DNA of 64,000 nucleotides, taken from assembly GCA_035474135.1 (NCBI GenBank), contig DATINP010000184.1, positions 9-64,008 on the forward strand. The letters run 5' to 3'. A program made the position numbers and the translations under genes. Source of the stretch: Chloroflexia bacterium. GTDB lineage: Bacteria; Chloroflexota; Chloroflexia; QHBQ01; JADMIH01. Positions 1-9,418 of this stretch are shown here, piece by piece. Numbering within the stretch: the first letter of the stretch is position 1; the number at the start of each line of letters is the position of its first letter. Under the pieces are notes generated by a model, which had not been told where the DNA came from, ran no database searches, and saw nothing but the letters and a program-made list of their open reading frames with translations.

Positions 1-920
1 TGCCGTCCGTCGTCTGTCGTCCGCGCAAGGTACACTTGTAAGCCTTCCAGCACGAGGGCATCGTACAGTCTGCTTGCAGTCCCCTCCTGTGAGGCTGGGT
101 AGAGCACGTAGAGGGTGGGGCCGCTGCCTGACAGATGTACATCCGAGCGCGCAGCATGTGCGACTTTCTGGCGCACCCGGTCGAGACCCTCGAATAGCTC
201 GTACGCGACGCGCTCGAAGGCGTTATAGAGCAAGCTAGAGTCGGGGAAATGCCCGCCTACCAGCGCGGCTATCAGCCTGTGCGTCACTATACCCTCGCTC
301 ATGTCGGAGCTTGTGAGAGCAGAGTACAGCTTTTTGGTCTTGCCGGTAAGGTCATACCGGGGGCACACAAGCACAACCCAGCCGGGCGGTGGCGACGGAA
401 TGCGGGTAACGCGCTCGCCTCGACCCTCGACGAGTGCGGTTGGTCCACCCAGGAAGTACGGCACGTCCGACCCCAGCTTCTCTGCCAGTTCGAGCAGGTC
501 GCTCGCCCGCATCTTCAAGCCCCACAGGTCGCGCAGACCCAGCAGGGTAGCCGCCGCGTCGCTACTACCTCCGCCCAGACCTGCTGAGAGGGGAATGCGC
601 TTTTGCAGGGTGATGTGCGCCCCCACCTTGCCGTCCAGCCCCGCAGCGGTTCTCAAGAGTCGCGCGGCCTTCAGCACAAGATTGTCCTCGCCCTCTGCGG
701 CCAACACGGGGTTGTCGCATTCGAGGGTCAGCAGATCATTAACTGACCGGGCAAACGTGAGTGTGTCGTGCAGATCGACAGTCTGCATAACGGAGGTGAT
801 GTCGTGGTAGCTGTCCTCTCGCCTGCCGATGATCTCCAGGCACAGGTTGATCTTGGCAGGAGCAATCCTGCTAATAACCCCTGAACGCGAGGTGCCCGCC
901 GTGCTGCTTAGGTCTGCCAT
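1..920 (-). CDS. ispE: 4-diphosphocytidyl-2-C-methyl-D-erythritol kinase; 3' end runs off the window
   Basis: Absent from the ORF track. Hand translation from ATG at 920 gives MADLSSTAGTSRSGVISRIAPAKINLCLEIIGRREDSYHDITSVMQTVDLHD, RIPLSAGLGGGSSDAAATL (GHMP ATP-binding loop) and VHLSGSGPT. No stop was seen near the edge before base 1. Confidence 0.95.
   Translation of the reverse strand, partial: MADLSSTAGTSRSGVISRIAPAKINLCLEIIGRREDSYHDITSVMQTVDLHDTLTFARSVNDLLTLECDNPVLAAEGEDNLVLKAARLLRTAAGLDGKVGAHITLQKRIPLSAGLGGGSSDAAATLLGLRDLWGLKMRASDLLELAEKLGSDVPYFLGGPTALVEGRGERVTRIPSPPPGWVVLVCPRYDLTGKTKKLYSALTSSDMSEGIVTHRLIAALVGGHFPDSSLLYNAFERVAYELFEGLDRVRQKVAHAARSDVHLSGSGPTLYVLYPASQEGTASRLYDALVLEGLQVYLARTTDDGR
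2..22. repeat. Heptamer array (GCCGTCC GTCGTCT GTCGTCC) within the ispE C-terminal codons
   Basis: Three 7-nt units read directly; they encode ...RTTDDGR on the minus strand. Confidence 0.8.
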
Positions 921-1089
921 GATAGGAAGTCTACATTATAGGAGCGGGAGCGGACAAGGAGAGCGCCGCTTTCGCTTCTGGCGCAACCAACACCTATATT
1001 GCGCGTTATACCAGACAAGAGCGCTCATTGAACGGGCAAGAGCATCCTCTGCCCGTATTTTGCTTTGTAGCCACCTAGAAAGGGTTCCA

Positions 1090-2988
1090 ATGCCAAAGCA
1101 GTATATTCGGAATTCGAATATCACGCGAGTTACACGATTTGTGCTGGGCGGGTTGTTTGTCATAGTCTCGATCTTTGGCTCGATGCAATCGTTGGGTGCA
1201 TCGCCGTTTGACTGGCACGACACAGGCGTGGTAATTCAGGAAAAGCAGTACGCGTTTTGCTTTGACGGAAGCCAATCCAACGTAATACTCCTTGCCAATC
1301 AAGATGCCGGTACAGTAGCCTACAATTGGGTTGATCAGACCAGAACCCATCTAAATGCTCGTCCATATGATCTTTGCGCACCTAATGGTCTATTATTCAG
1401 CGCAGATGATCAGTCCAATCCGGATAGAGGTGGGGCATTGCGCTTCAGTAGCAATGTTCCACAAGGTCAACATATTGAGTTTATGCCTACACATGTAGCC
1501 CAGGATGGTACAGAACTGGTCTATGCTCTCACCGAGCGACTCGCCTCGATTGGGCGTACTGTTTGGGTCAGTAAGGATGGCGGTCTGAATTGGCAAGATA
1601 ATGGTAAGCAATTTAACGGGAGGGTTTCGAGTGTTGCCATCCTTGATGCCAATGCCACATCGGTCTTCGTACTCATTGCGCCGGACATGGATCGCCTGTT
1701 CAGTTCACGAACGAAGGCCGAATACGCAGTTTATTACTCAGGTGACGCTGGTCTTCACTGGGAACAGCGTGGTACCTTGAACACGGTTGATGTGGATGGC
1801 GGCATTCAGAGCGTCAGTCTCTCGTCGCTGCCGGGCAGTGCCGCATCGGTGGATAACATTGCTGCTACAATTAGCACGAGTTATGACGCTTCAAATAGCG
1901 GTACTAGCAAGGATTTGTACTTATCCAGTGATGGAGGCTTAACCTTTCAGTTGGTAGGTACAATTAAACCCGACCTGCCCAACAATATACAATTGTTCTC
2001 TACCCAGGAAGGTATCTTGCGCCTCCGCATTGATCCCATAGCTGCGCCGGATAACCAACGCCAATTCCACCACGAATTGGACCTATTACCTTATGAAGAG
2101 CGCGTTTGGCAAACGCTCTCTTTACCTCTACCTGCTAACTTGCAGCGAAACGCGAGTTTAGACATTATTCGTTCTGTTCCCGCAAACGTGTTTTTTTACA
2201 GTGAGGATAACACCGCGTCTAGCCTCTATTATTCAGCCAATGGCGGCCGCACCTGGCAATATGTTAGTGATAGTTACGCATATATTAGCCCATACCTCCC
2301 GCTTACTCTATTAAGCGTGAAGGACCAGCATCTTTATGCACTGAGCCTACCCTCCTCCAATACTGGCTCTAGCGTATCTACGGGAACTGTGGCTAACAAC
2401 GTGCCAGGTGGTACATACTTTCCCGAAACGCGCTACAACTTATCGGGAATCTTTAAGGACTACTGGGACCAGCATGGCGGACTTGCTCAGCAAGGCTTCC
2501 CTCTGTCTGAGCCAATCCAGGAAGTATCCGAAATAAATGGTAGGGTCTATACTACTCAATACTTTGAGCGATCGATATTTGAATATCATCCAGAGAACGG
2601 GCCTCCAAACGATGTTCAATTGTCACTAGTGGGAAGTCTTCTTTATCAACAGAAGTACCCAGATGGCGGACTGTTTCAGACCCCTAATCTATCGTCAGGT
2701 TCCATTTTGTTTCCTGAGACCGGCAAACATCTTGGTGGACTGTTCCTGGAGTACTGGACGGCCCACGGTGGTTTGGCCCAACAGGGCTATCCCATCTCAG
2801 ACGAATTCATGGAGAAAAGTGATTTGGACGGCAAAACTTATAAAGTACAGTATTTCGAGCGTGCCGAGTTCGAATTACATCCTGAACACGCGGGTACTCC
2901 ATATGAGGTACAGGTGAGTTTACTGGGTCGGTTTCGCCTCACTGACAGATATGGTGGCGGCCCAACCGAGCTACCATTGTCGCCCTGA
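1090..2988 (+). CDS. Secreted protein with BNR/Asp-box-like repeats and two C-terminal Chloroflexota-type 'YFPETG...FERA' repeats
   Basis: ORF 829-2988; start moved to ATG 1090 because the upstream part overlaps ispE and a hydrophobic signal follows MPKQ. Asp-boxes SKDGGLNW, SGDAGLHW, SSDGGLTF, SANGGRTW. Two ~95-aa repeats (YFPETRYNL...GFPLS...QYFERSIFEYHPE and LFPETGKHL...GYPIS...QYFERAEFELHPE). Confidence 0.75.
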   Translation: MPKQYIRNSNITRVTRFVLGGLFVIVSIFGSMQSLGASPFDWHDTGVVIQEKQYAFCFDGSQSNVILLANQDAGTVAYNWVDQTRTHLNARPYDLCAPNGLLFSADDQSNPDRGGALRFSSNVPQGQHIEFMPTHVAQDGTELVYALTERLASIGRTVWVSKDGGLNWQDNGKQFNGRVSSVAILDANATSVFVLIAPDMDRLFSSRTKAEYAVYYSGDAGLHWEQRGTLNTVDVDGGIQSVSLSSLPGSAASVDNIAATISTSYDASNSGTSKDLYLSSDGGLTFQLVGTIKPDLPNNIQLFSTQEGILRLRIDPIAAPDNQRQFHHELDLLPYEERVWQTLSLPLPANLQRNASLDIIRSVPANVFFYSEDNTASSLYYSANGGRTWQYVSDSYAYISPYLPLTLLSVKDQHLYALSLPSSNTGSSVSTGTVANNVPGGTYFPETRYNLSGIFKDYWDQHGGLAQQGFPLSEPIQEVSEINGRVYTTQYFERSIFEYHPENGPPNDVQLSLVGSLLYQQKYPDGGLFQTPNLSSGSILFPETGKHLGGLFLEYWTAHGGLAQQGYPISDEFMEKSDLDGKTYKVQYFERAEFELHPEHAGTPYEVQVSLLGRFRLTDRYGGGPTELPLSP

Positions 2989-3022
2989 TATAGAATGGGT
3001 GGGCCGTTTCTAGCACACCTTC

Positions 3023-5017
3023 CTAGACCTCGACCTCCATCATACGTCGCAACTCCACGATCTTGTCGCGTATCGCGGCGGCCTTCTCGAACTCTAGCAT
3101 GCGGGCCGACTGCTTCATCTGGCTCTCAAGGTCCTTCACCATGCGGGCGATCTCGTCGCGGTTCAGCACTATCTCGCCTGTGGAGGGTTCGACTGTGTAC
3201 TCGGCCTTCGCCTCGGCTATCTGGCGTACGCGTTCCGTGATGTCGCGCACTTCCTTCTGGATAGAGGCAGGCTCGATGCCGTGCTCCTTGTTGTAGGCGA
3301 TCTGTATCTCGCGGCGGCGGTAAGTCTCCTCGATGGCGGCCTGCATCGAGCGCGTTACCACGTCGGCATACATTATCACATGCCCCTCGACGTGGCGGGC
3401 GGCGCGACCTATCTGCTGGATCAGCGCATCGCGTGAGCGCAGGAAGCCCTCTTTGTCAGCGTCCAGAATGGCGACAAGCGATACTTCGGGCAGGTCCAGT
3501 CCCTCGCGCAGGAGGTTGATGCCCACTACCACGTCGTACACGCCCAGCCTCAGGTCGCGCAGAATCTCCACACGCTCGATTACCTCGATCTCATGGTGAA
3601 TGTAGTGCGCCTTGATTCCTACTTCTTTCAGGTAGTCGGAGATTTGCTCGGCGAACTTGGTGCGCAGGGTCGTTACCAGCACGCGCTGGCCCTTCGATAC
3701 GCGCTCGCGGATCTGCTCCACAAGATCGTCCACCTGGTTATTGGTGGGCTTGACCTCGATGGAAGGGTCGACAAGGCCGGTGGGACGGATTATAAGCTGG
3801 ACGATCTGCTCGGAATGTTCGTACTCGTACGGGCCGGGGGTGGCGCTGACGAATACGGCCTGATTGATGTGCTGCTCGAACTCATTGAAGGTGAGGGGAC
3901 GGTTGTCGGCGGCTGAGGGCAGGCGGAAGCCATAGTCGATCAGGTTCACCTTGCGGGCGCGGTCGCCTCCATACATGCCGCGCACCTGGGGCAGGCTGAT
4001 GTGCGACTCGTCCACCATGAGCAGGAAGTCGTCGGGGAAGTAGTCGAGCAGAGTGGCGGGCTGTTCGCCTGCCTGCCTGCGGCTAAGGTGGCGCGAGTAG
4101 TTCTCGACGCCCGAACAATAGCCCGTCTCTTGTAACATCTCCAGGTCGTAACGGGTGCGCTGCTGCAGTCGCTGTGCTTCGACCAGTTTGCCCTCGTCCT
4201 CGAACTCTTTCACACGTGAAACCAGTTCTTCCTCGATGTCTTGGATCGCGGCTACCAACTTCTCGTCATTGGTGATAAAGTGCTTGGCCGGGTAGATATT
4301 CGCCTCGGTGCGCTCGATCAACACCTCGCCTGTCAGAGGGTCGAACTCGAGAATGCGCTCCACCTCATCGCCCCAGAACTCAATTCGCAGGCCCATTTCC
4401 TCGTAGGCGGGTATCACTTCCAACGTGTCGCCACGCACACGGAACGAGCCGCGCACGAGCGATTGATCGTTGCGGGTGTAATGAATGTCGATCAGGTGGC
4501 GCAGGATGCGCTGTCGTCGCACAGTGCCGCCCTTCTTCAGTTGCAGTACGGTCCTGCCATACTCCTCAGGCGAGCCGAGGCCATAAATGCAGGATACGGA
4601 CGACACGATGATCACATCGCGCCGTTCAAGGAGCGAGCGGGTGGCCGCGTGGCGCAGCTTGTCGATCTCCTCGTTGATGTCGGCATCTTTTTCTATATAG
4701 AGATCGTGCTTGGGCACGTAGGCTTCCGGCTGGTAGTAATCGTAGTACGATACAAAGTACTCGACTGCGTTGTTGGGGAAGAAGTCCTTGAACTCCTGAT
4801 AAAGCTGGGCAGCCAACGTCTTATTATGGGCTAGCACAAGGGTCGGGCGCTGGATGCGCTCGATGACTTTGCTCATAACAAAGGTTTTGCCGGTGGCAGT
4901 GGCACCCAACAGGGTCTGCGTTCGCTCACCCCTATCTATACCCTCAACCAACTTCTCGATGGCGTCCGGTTGGTCGCCCGTCGGCATGAAATCTGATACT
5001 ACTTTTAGTTCTTGCAT
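3023..5017 (-). CDS. uvrB: Excinuclease ABC subunit B
   Basis: [12 protein letters not shown] Walker [13 protein letters not shown] beta-hairpin, [11 protein letters not shown]-terminal UVR coiled coil ([11 protein letters not shown]). Confidence 0.98.
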   Translation of the reverse strand: MQELKVVSDFMPTGDQPDAIEKLVEGIDRGERTQTLLGATATGKTFVMSKVIERIQRPTLVLAHNKTLAAQLYQEFKDFFPNNAVEYFVSYYDYYQPEAYVPKHDLYIEKDADINEEIDKLRHAATRSLLERRDVIIVSSVSCIYGLGSPEEYGRTVLQLKKGGTVRRQRILRHLIDIHYTRNDQSLVRGSFRVRGDTLEVIPAYEEMGLRIEFWGDEVERILEFDPLTGEVLIERTEANIYPAKHFITNDEKLVAAIQDIEEELVSRVKEFEDEGKLVEAQRLQQRTRYDLEMLQETGYCSGVENYSRHLSRRQAGEQPATLLDYFPDDFLLMVDESHISLPQVRGMYGGDRARKVNLIDYGFRLPSAADNRPLTFNEFEQHINQAVFVSATPGPYEYEHSEQIVQLIIRPTGLVDPSIEVKPTNNQVDDLVEQIRERVSKGQRVLVTTLRTKFAEQISDYLKEVGIKAHYIHHEIEVIERVEILRDLRLGVYDVVVGINLLREGLDLPEVSLVAILDADKEGFLRSRDALIQQIGRAARHVEGHVIMYADVVTRSMQAAIEETYRRREIQIAYNKEHGIEPASIQKEVRDITERVRQIAEAKAEYTVEPSTGEIVLNRDEIARMVKDLESQMKQSARMLEFEKAAAIRDKIVELRRMMEVEV

Positions 5018-5260
5018 TGTGTAATTTCTCGCTCTTTTCGTGTACGACTATCTCTAATACACCCTTATATTATACCAGGTTTAGCTGACATCTGGTGTCA
5101 GTATTAGCTTTGGTGGTGACCGAGTTTCTACCGGTTGAAGTGGGTAGGACGGTACGATTAGCAGGTAGAAAATGAGAAATACAGGCTATAGAATAATGCG
5201 ACTCTTTTGCTTATCATTGAAGGGCTAGTATACCAGGCTATTATTATACAGGGGGCATTC

Positions 5261-6634
5261 ATGCGTCGTAGTCCTATTTTCCCACTATTGCTGATTGGTA
5301 TCGTGATCGCTGTCGCTTTCTGGGCCGCGCAGGGGCATTACCCTTCCACGCCCGACGTGCAGGCGAGCGGCGGGCATAACGCGCAGGCGTCCCTCGCGGG
5401 AACAGCACCTGACGCACAATCCGAAGCTCAGCCCAAGCCCACCCTCGTGCCGCCGCCTACATATGAACCTACGCCCAAGCCCCAGGACATCCCCGCAGAT
5501 GTGGCGGATCAAATCACAGAGATCGAGGCCCAGACCTCATACCTGCGGGGCTTGAAACCCCTCGATGAGGTACCCAACACTTTCCTCACCCGCAGCGAAT
5601 TCCATGATCACTACAAGCAAGAGATGCAAGCATCGTACGCGCCCGAGGAGGTGCGTCAGTACCTTCAGGAGTTATGGTTGATGAGGCTGGTGGACAGCCC
5701 CTCGATAGACTTTTACGAGGCGAGCGCCGACCTCGGCAGTGATGACATTCTCGGCTACTACGACCCCACACAGAAGCACATGTACGTCATCACTGATAAG
5801 ATCAGCACCCTGAGCCCCGAAGCCCAGGTGACGCTTTCCCATGAGTACACCCACAGCCTGCAAGACCAGCATTACCACCTCGATCATGTTTGGCCCATAG
5901 GCGTGACAGACCGCGACCGTGTATTGGCGATCAGGGCGCTCGTCGAGGGCGATGCCACACTCTCAGGCTATGCCTGGGGCTACAGTTATATGAGCGGCCA
6001 GGACTTCAGCAGTCTGTTCGAGGCCAGGGAAATATCGGCGGACGTACAGGTGAAGACCCCTGTGTATCTCGGTATGCTCACTATCTTCCCGTATGTAGCA
6101 GGGCTGAATTTCGTGAGCAAGTTGATGGACGTAGGCAGTTTCTCGACGGTGAACCTCTCCCTGCAAGACCCGCCGCGCTCTACAGAACAGATCATGCACC
6201 CTGAAAAGTTTTTGCAGACCCCTATCGATCAGCCCAAGACTGTGAGCATGCCCGACCTGTTGCCCGCCCTCGGCACCCCCTGGGAGTTGGGCGAGAGTAA
6301 CACCCTGGGCGAGCTTGACCTGAATTACATCCTCAATCTGAATAAGGCCAAGGATCCCGATGTAGGCGCGGATGGCTGGGGAGGAGGCAAGTTTACATAT
6401 TATCACCTGGCGCAAGAAGGGCTTGTATATGCAAAGGTGACGTGGGATACCGATAAAGACGCACAGGAATTTGAGGACTCGATGCACGAGACGCTGGCCC
6501 CTTACGAAAAGAGCGGCAATTTCTGGACCAAAGACGGGCGCTTTTTCTGGATGAGGCACGATGGTAAGATCATCACATTTGTTGCGTCTACAAATGAGCC
6601 TGCGCTCGAAAGGGTGGTGGCGGCAGAGAAATGA
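5261..6634 (+). CDS. Exported putative zinc metallopeptidase-like protein (HExxH plus EGDA)
   Basis: N-terminal hydrophobic segment after MRRSP (start moved from 5207), Pro-rich linker, HEYTHSLQDQHY and ALVEGDAT motifs. Confidence 0.65.
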   Translation: MRRSPIFPLLLIGIVIAVAFWAAQGHYPSTPDVQASGGHNAQASLAGTAPDAQSEAQPKPTLVPPPTYEPTPKPQDIPADVADQITEIEAQTSYLRGLKPLDEVPNTFLTRSEFHDHYKQEMQASYAPEEVRQYLQELWLMRLVDSPSIDFYEASADLGSDDILGYYDPTQKHMYVITDKISTLSPEAQVTLSHEYTHSLQDQHYHLDHVWPIGVTDRDRVLAIRALVEGDATLSGYAWGYSYMSGQDFSSLFEAREISADVQVKTPVYLGMLTIFPYVAGLNFVSKLMDVGSFSTVNLSLQDPPRSTEQIMHPEKFLQTPIDQPKTVSMPDLLPALGTPWELGESNTLGELDLNYILNLNKAKDPDVGADGWGGGKFTYYHLAQEGLVYAKVTWDTDKDAQEFEDSMHETLAPYEKSGNFWTKDGRFFWMRHDGKIITFVASTNEPALERVVAAEK

Positions 6635-6742
6635 AGTAAAGGGTATAATAAGTGTGACATATGGTCATAATTGTTGTAATTATGATCAGTTTGGGCCCAT
6701 GCGTTCACCCATCCATATTGGATGGCAGACAGGAGGGCAGTT

Positions 6743-8131
6743 ATGGGCAAGCAGTCACGCTTCATTTGGGTCTTTCGAACGATTTACCTCACGTCCTTCC
6801 TTTTGGGAATGGTTATGCTCCTGGTGGGCGGATTGTTCGCGCCGCGCCCGGCCCAGGCTTCTCCCGCCGCACAAGGCTCCCCTTTTGTTTACGTTGCCCC
6901 ATTCGAACTGGCGATCACACCTATTAGCGCGCAGTACTACGAGCGCATAATCCATACGGCCGAACAGGACGGCGCTGCTGCGGTGGTGTTCGAAATAGAC
7001 ACTCCCGGCGGACTGGTTAGCTCGATGCAAGAGATGGTGCAAACTGTCTTGGCGAGCCGCGTGCCCGTGTTTGCCTACGTGTCGCCCCAGGGCGCTATGG
7101 CAGCTTCAGCGGGCATCTTCATTATGTATGCGTCGCATGTGTCGGCGATGGCCCCCAACACGACCATCGGTTCTGCCGAAGTGATCCTGAACGCGGGAGA
7201 CACCAGTGGCGCCACGCCTGAAACGGGCGATGCCGCGGCTGAACGACGTAAAGCCACCAATCTGCTTGTATCGCAGATCCGCAATCTCGCTCAACAACGA
7301 GGCCGCGACGAAGATTTCGCCACCAAAGCTATCACCCAGAGCGAGAACCTGGGGACACAGGACGCCCTTCAGCAGCATGTCGTCGACTTCGTAGCGTCCA
7401 GCGTGGACGACCTGCTGGCGCAAGCCGACGGTAAGACGGTGGAGATGGGTAGCGGCGGCGGTACGCTCACTCTACACACCAAAGGCGCGCAGATACGCAA
7501 TCTTGATTTGACTTTTGGCGAGCAGATCCTCTTACTGATCACAGACCCCAGCGTGGCTTTCGTGCTGATCAGCCTCGGCACATTGGGTATCACCTGGGAG
7601 TTCATCAACCCCGGCGCGGTTTTCCCAGGAGTAATTGGTGCGCTGTGCTTGCTGGTGGGGTTCCTCGGCCTCGGCACGTTGCCGATCAACCTAAGCGGGG
7701 CGGTATTCCTGGTACTGGCCTTCGTCCTCTTTATCGCTGATATATTCATGACCACGCATGGCGTCCTGACCGCGGGCGGCATAGTCTCGCTGATTCTTGG
7801 GGGCATCCTGCTGATCAACACTTCGGATGCGCCCGGCATCCCCGGCGTGTCGCCTCCTGTTATCGCCGGCGTGGCGCTGGCGTTGGGCGGGTTCTTCTTC
7901 TTCGCAATGTATAAGGTTTTCCAGGCGAGACGCAGGAGGCCTTCTACGGGGCGCGAAAACCTGGTGGGCAATGTTGGGCAGACACGCACAGACCTTGCCC
8001 CGGATGGCATGGTGTTCGTGTCCGGTGAACTGTGGAGCGCTGTTAGCCTCGACGGTTCGATACCCTCGGACCGGCAGGTGCGCATCGTAGCCGTGAACGG
8101 CTTGAAGCTGAGCGTTGTGCCAGAGGAGTAG
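6743..8131 (+). CDS. nfeD: NfeD-family membrane-bound ClpP-class serine protease
   Basis: AGGAGG ahead of ATG 6743; IDTPGG, AASAG (catalytic Ser), AMAPNTTIGSA, multi-TM region, C-terminal OB fold (GMVFVSGELWSA); directly upstream of an SPFH gene. Confidence 0.92.
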   Translation: MGKQSRFIWVFRTIYLTSFLLGMVMLLVGGLFAPRPAQASPAAQGSPFVYVAPFELAITPISAQYYERIIHTAEQDGAAAVVFEIDTPGGLVSSMQEMVQTVLASRVPVFAYVSPQGAMAASAGIFIMYASHVSAMAPNTTIGSAEVILNAGDTSGATPETGDAAAERRKATNLLVSQIRNLAQQRGRDEDFATKAITQSENLGTQDALQQHVVDFVASSVDDLLAQADGKTVEMGSGGGTLTLHTKGAQIRNLDLTFGEQILLLITDPSVAFVLISLGTLGITWEFINPGAVFPGVIGALCLLVGFLGLGTLPINLSGAVFLVLAFVLFIADIFMTTHGVLTAGGIVSLILGGILLINTSDAPGIPGVSPPVIAGVALALGGFFFFAMYKVFQARRRRPSTGRENLVGNVGQTRTDLAPDGMVFVSGELWSAVSLDGSIPSDRQVRIVAVNGLKLSVVPEE

Positions 8132-8247
8132 ACGACGGACGACGGACGACCGACGACTGTGGTCATGCGTGGCTTACGATCTAAGACTCACTCCGTCGGC
8201 GGCCGTCGGTCGTCCTACTGGTCACTGGTCACCGGTCACTGGTCACT
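8131..8247. repeat. Composite heptamer arrays: (GACGACN)x4 at 8131-8158, an inverted partner at ~8195-8215, (GGTCACY)x4 at 8220-8247
   Basis: Units read directly between nfeD and the SPFH gene. Confidence 0.9.
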
Positions 8248-8271
8248 AACTACCAAGGAGGATCGTAATAA

Positions 8272-9315
8272 ATGGATGCTTTACTAGGTTTACTGGCGTT
8301 CCTTATTCCGTTGGCGGTGGTGCTTTTCAGCATTGCCGGGTCGGCGGTGAAGATCGTACAGGAGTACGAGCGGGGCGTGATATTCCGCCTCGGGCGCCTG
8401 GTAGGAGCGCGTGGCCCTGGCCTGTTCTTTATCATTCCGTTCGTGGACAGGATGGTGAAAGTCGACTTGCGCGTGGTAACGCTCGATGTACCCGCACAGG
8501 AAGTTATCACGCGGGATAACGTAACAGTGCGTGTAAACGCCGTGCTCTACTTCCGCGTATTCGACCCGGAGAAAGCGGTTGTGGCCGTGACTGACTATGT
8601 GCGCGCCACCCACCAGATCGCGCAAACGACCTTGCGAAGCGTGTTGGGCCAATCAGACCTGGACGAACTGCTATCTCAGCGCGAGGCGATCAATCTGCGC
8701 CTGCAACAGATCATCGACGAGCAGACCGAGCCGTGGGGCATCAAGGTGGGCATCGTCGAAGTGAAGGACGCGGAACTGCCCCAGAGTATGCAGAGGGCAA
8801 TGGCGCGCCAGGCAGAGGCAGAGCGCGAAAAGCGTGCCAAGATTATCCATGCTTCCGGCGAGTTTGAAGCGTCCAAGATGCTCACGGCTGCGGCCAAGGT
8901 TATCGGCTCGGAGCCTGCTACTATTCAACTGCGCTACCTGCAGACTTTGACTGAGATCGCATCAGAACGCAACTCCACTATTATCTTCCCCGTTCCTATC
9001 GAGTTGCTGAGCATGATACCTCACATCCTTGGCAAGTCAACAAGCGGTGATGGCGACATCCCTGCTCTAGACACCGACATCAATAAGACCCTCGCCGAAG
9101 CAACCGCAGGCGACGTGTCGCTGCCGGTCGCAGGATCGGAGGGTGAAAGCGAGGAAGTGAAGCCGCGCTCCAGCTTGCTCCACCAGTTGAACGATGCCGA
9201 GTTGGAGAGGGCACGCAAAGAACACACCCAATTCATGACGGGCAGTATCCCGCCGTCCGCAGATACCAAGCCTACGCCCGTTCAGCCGGACAACCCCGAT
9301 CCGGAGCAGAAGTGA
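8272..9315 (+). CDS. SPFH/stomatin-like (slipin) protein
   Basis: [52 protein letters not shown]; SD AAGGAGG. Confidence 0.95.
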   Translation: MDALLGLLAFLIPLAVVLFSIAGSAVKIVQEYERGVIFRLGRLVGARGPGLFFIIPFVDRMVKVDLRVVTLDVPAQEVITRDNVTVRVNAVLYFRVFDPEKAVVAVTDYVRATHQIAQTTLRSVLGQSDLDELLSQREAINLRLQQIIDEQTEPWGIKVGIVEVKDAELPQSMQRAMARQAEAEREKRAKIIHASGEFEASKMLTAAAKVIGSEPATIQLRYLQTLTEIASERNSTIIFPVPIELLSMIPHILGKSTSGDGDIPALDTDINKTLAEATAGDVSLPVAGSEGESEEVKPRSSLLHQLNDAELERARKEHTQFMTGSIPPSADTKPTPVQPDNPDPEQK

Positions 9316-9353
9316 GGTAAGTAAACACGTTCTAACAACTCTTATGTCTTAAC

Positions 9354-9392
9354 AGAGTAAGCCCCCCGATTCGCTGTCGGGGGGCTTACTCT
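9354..9392. terminator. Hairpin between convergent genes, probable bidirectional terminator
   Basis: AGAGTAAGCCCCCCGA / TCGGGGGGCTTACTCT, perfect 16-bp stem with 7-nt loop. Confidence 0.8.
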
Positions 9393-9418
9393 ATACCCTT
9401 TTGTTCTCTACCCTGTAG

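Noticed and set aside
829-1089. N-terminal extensions given by the ORF track (829, 14518, 26511, 38693, 48656, 62194 and others)
   Set aside because: They overlap neighbouring genes, promoters or repeats; downstream starts have SD sequences or match family N-termini.
5018-5260. LexA (GAAC-N4-GTTC) box upstream of uvrB
   Set aside because: Not found by eye; only a short CTGACA-N5-TGTCAG palindrome, too weak to call.
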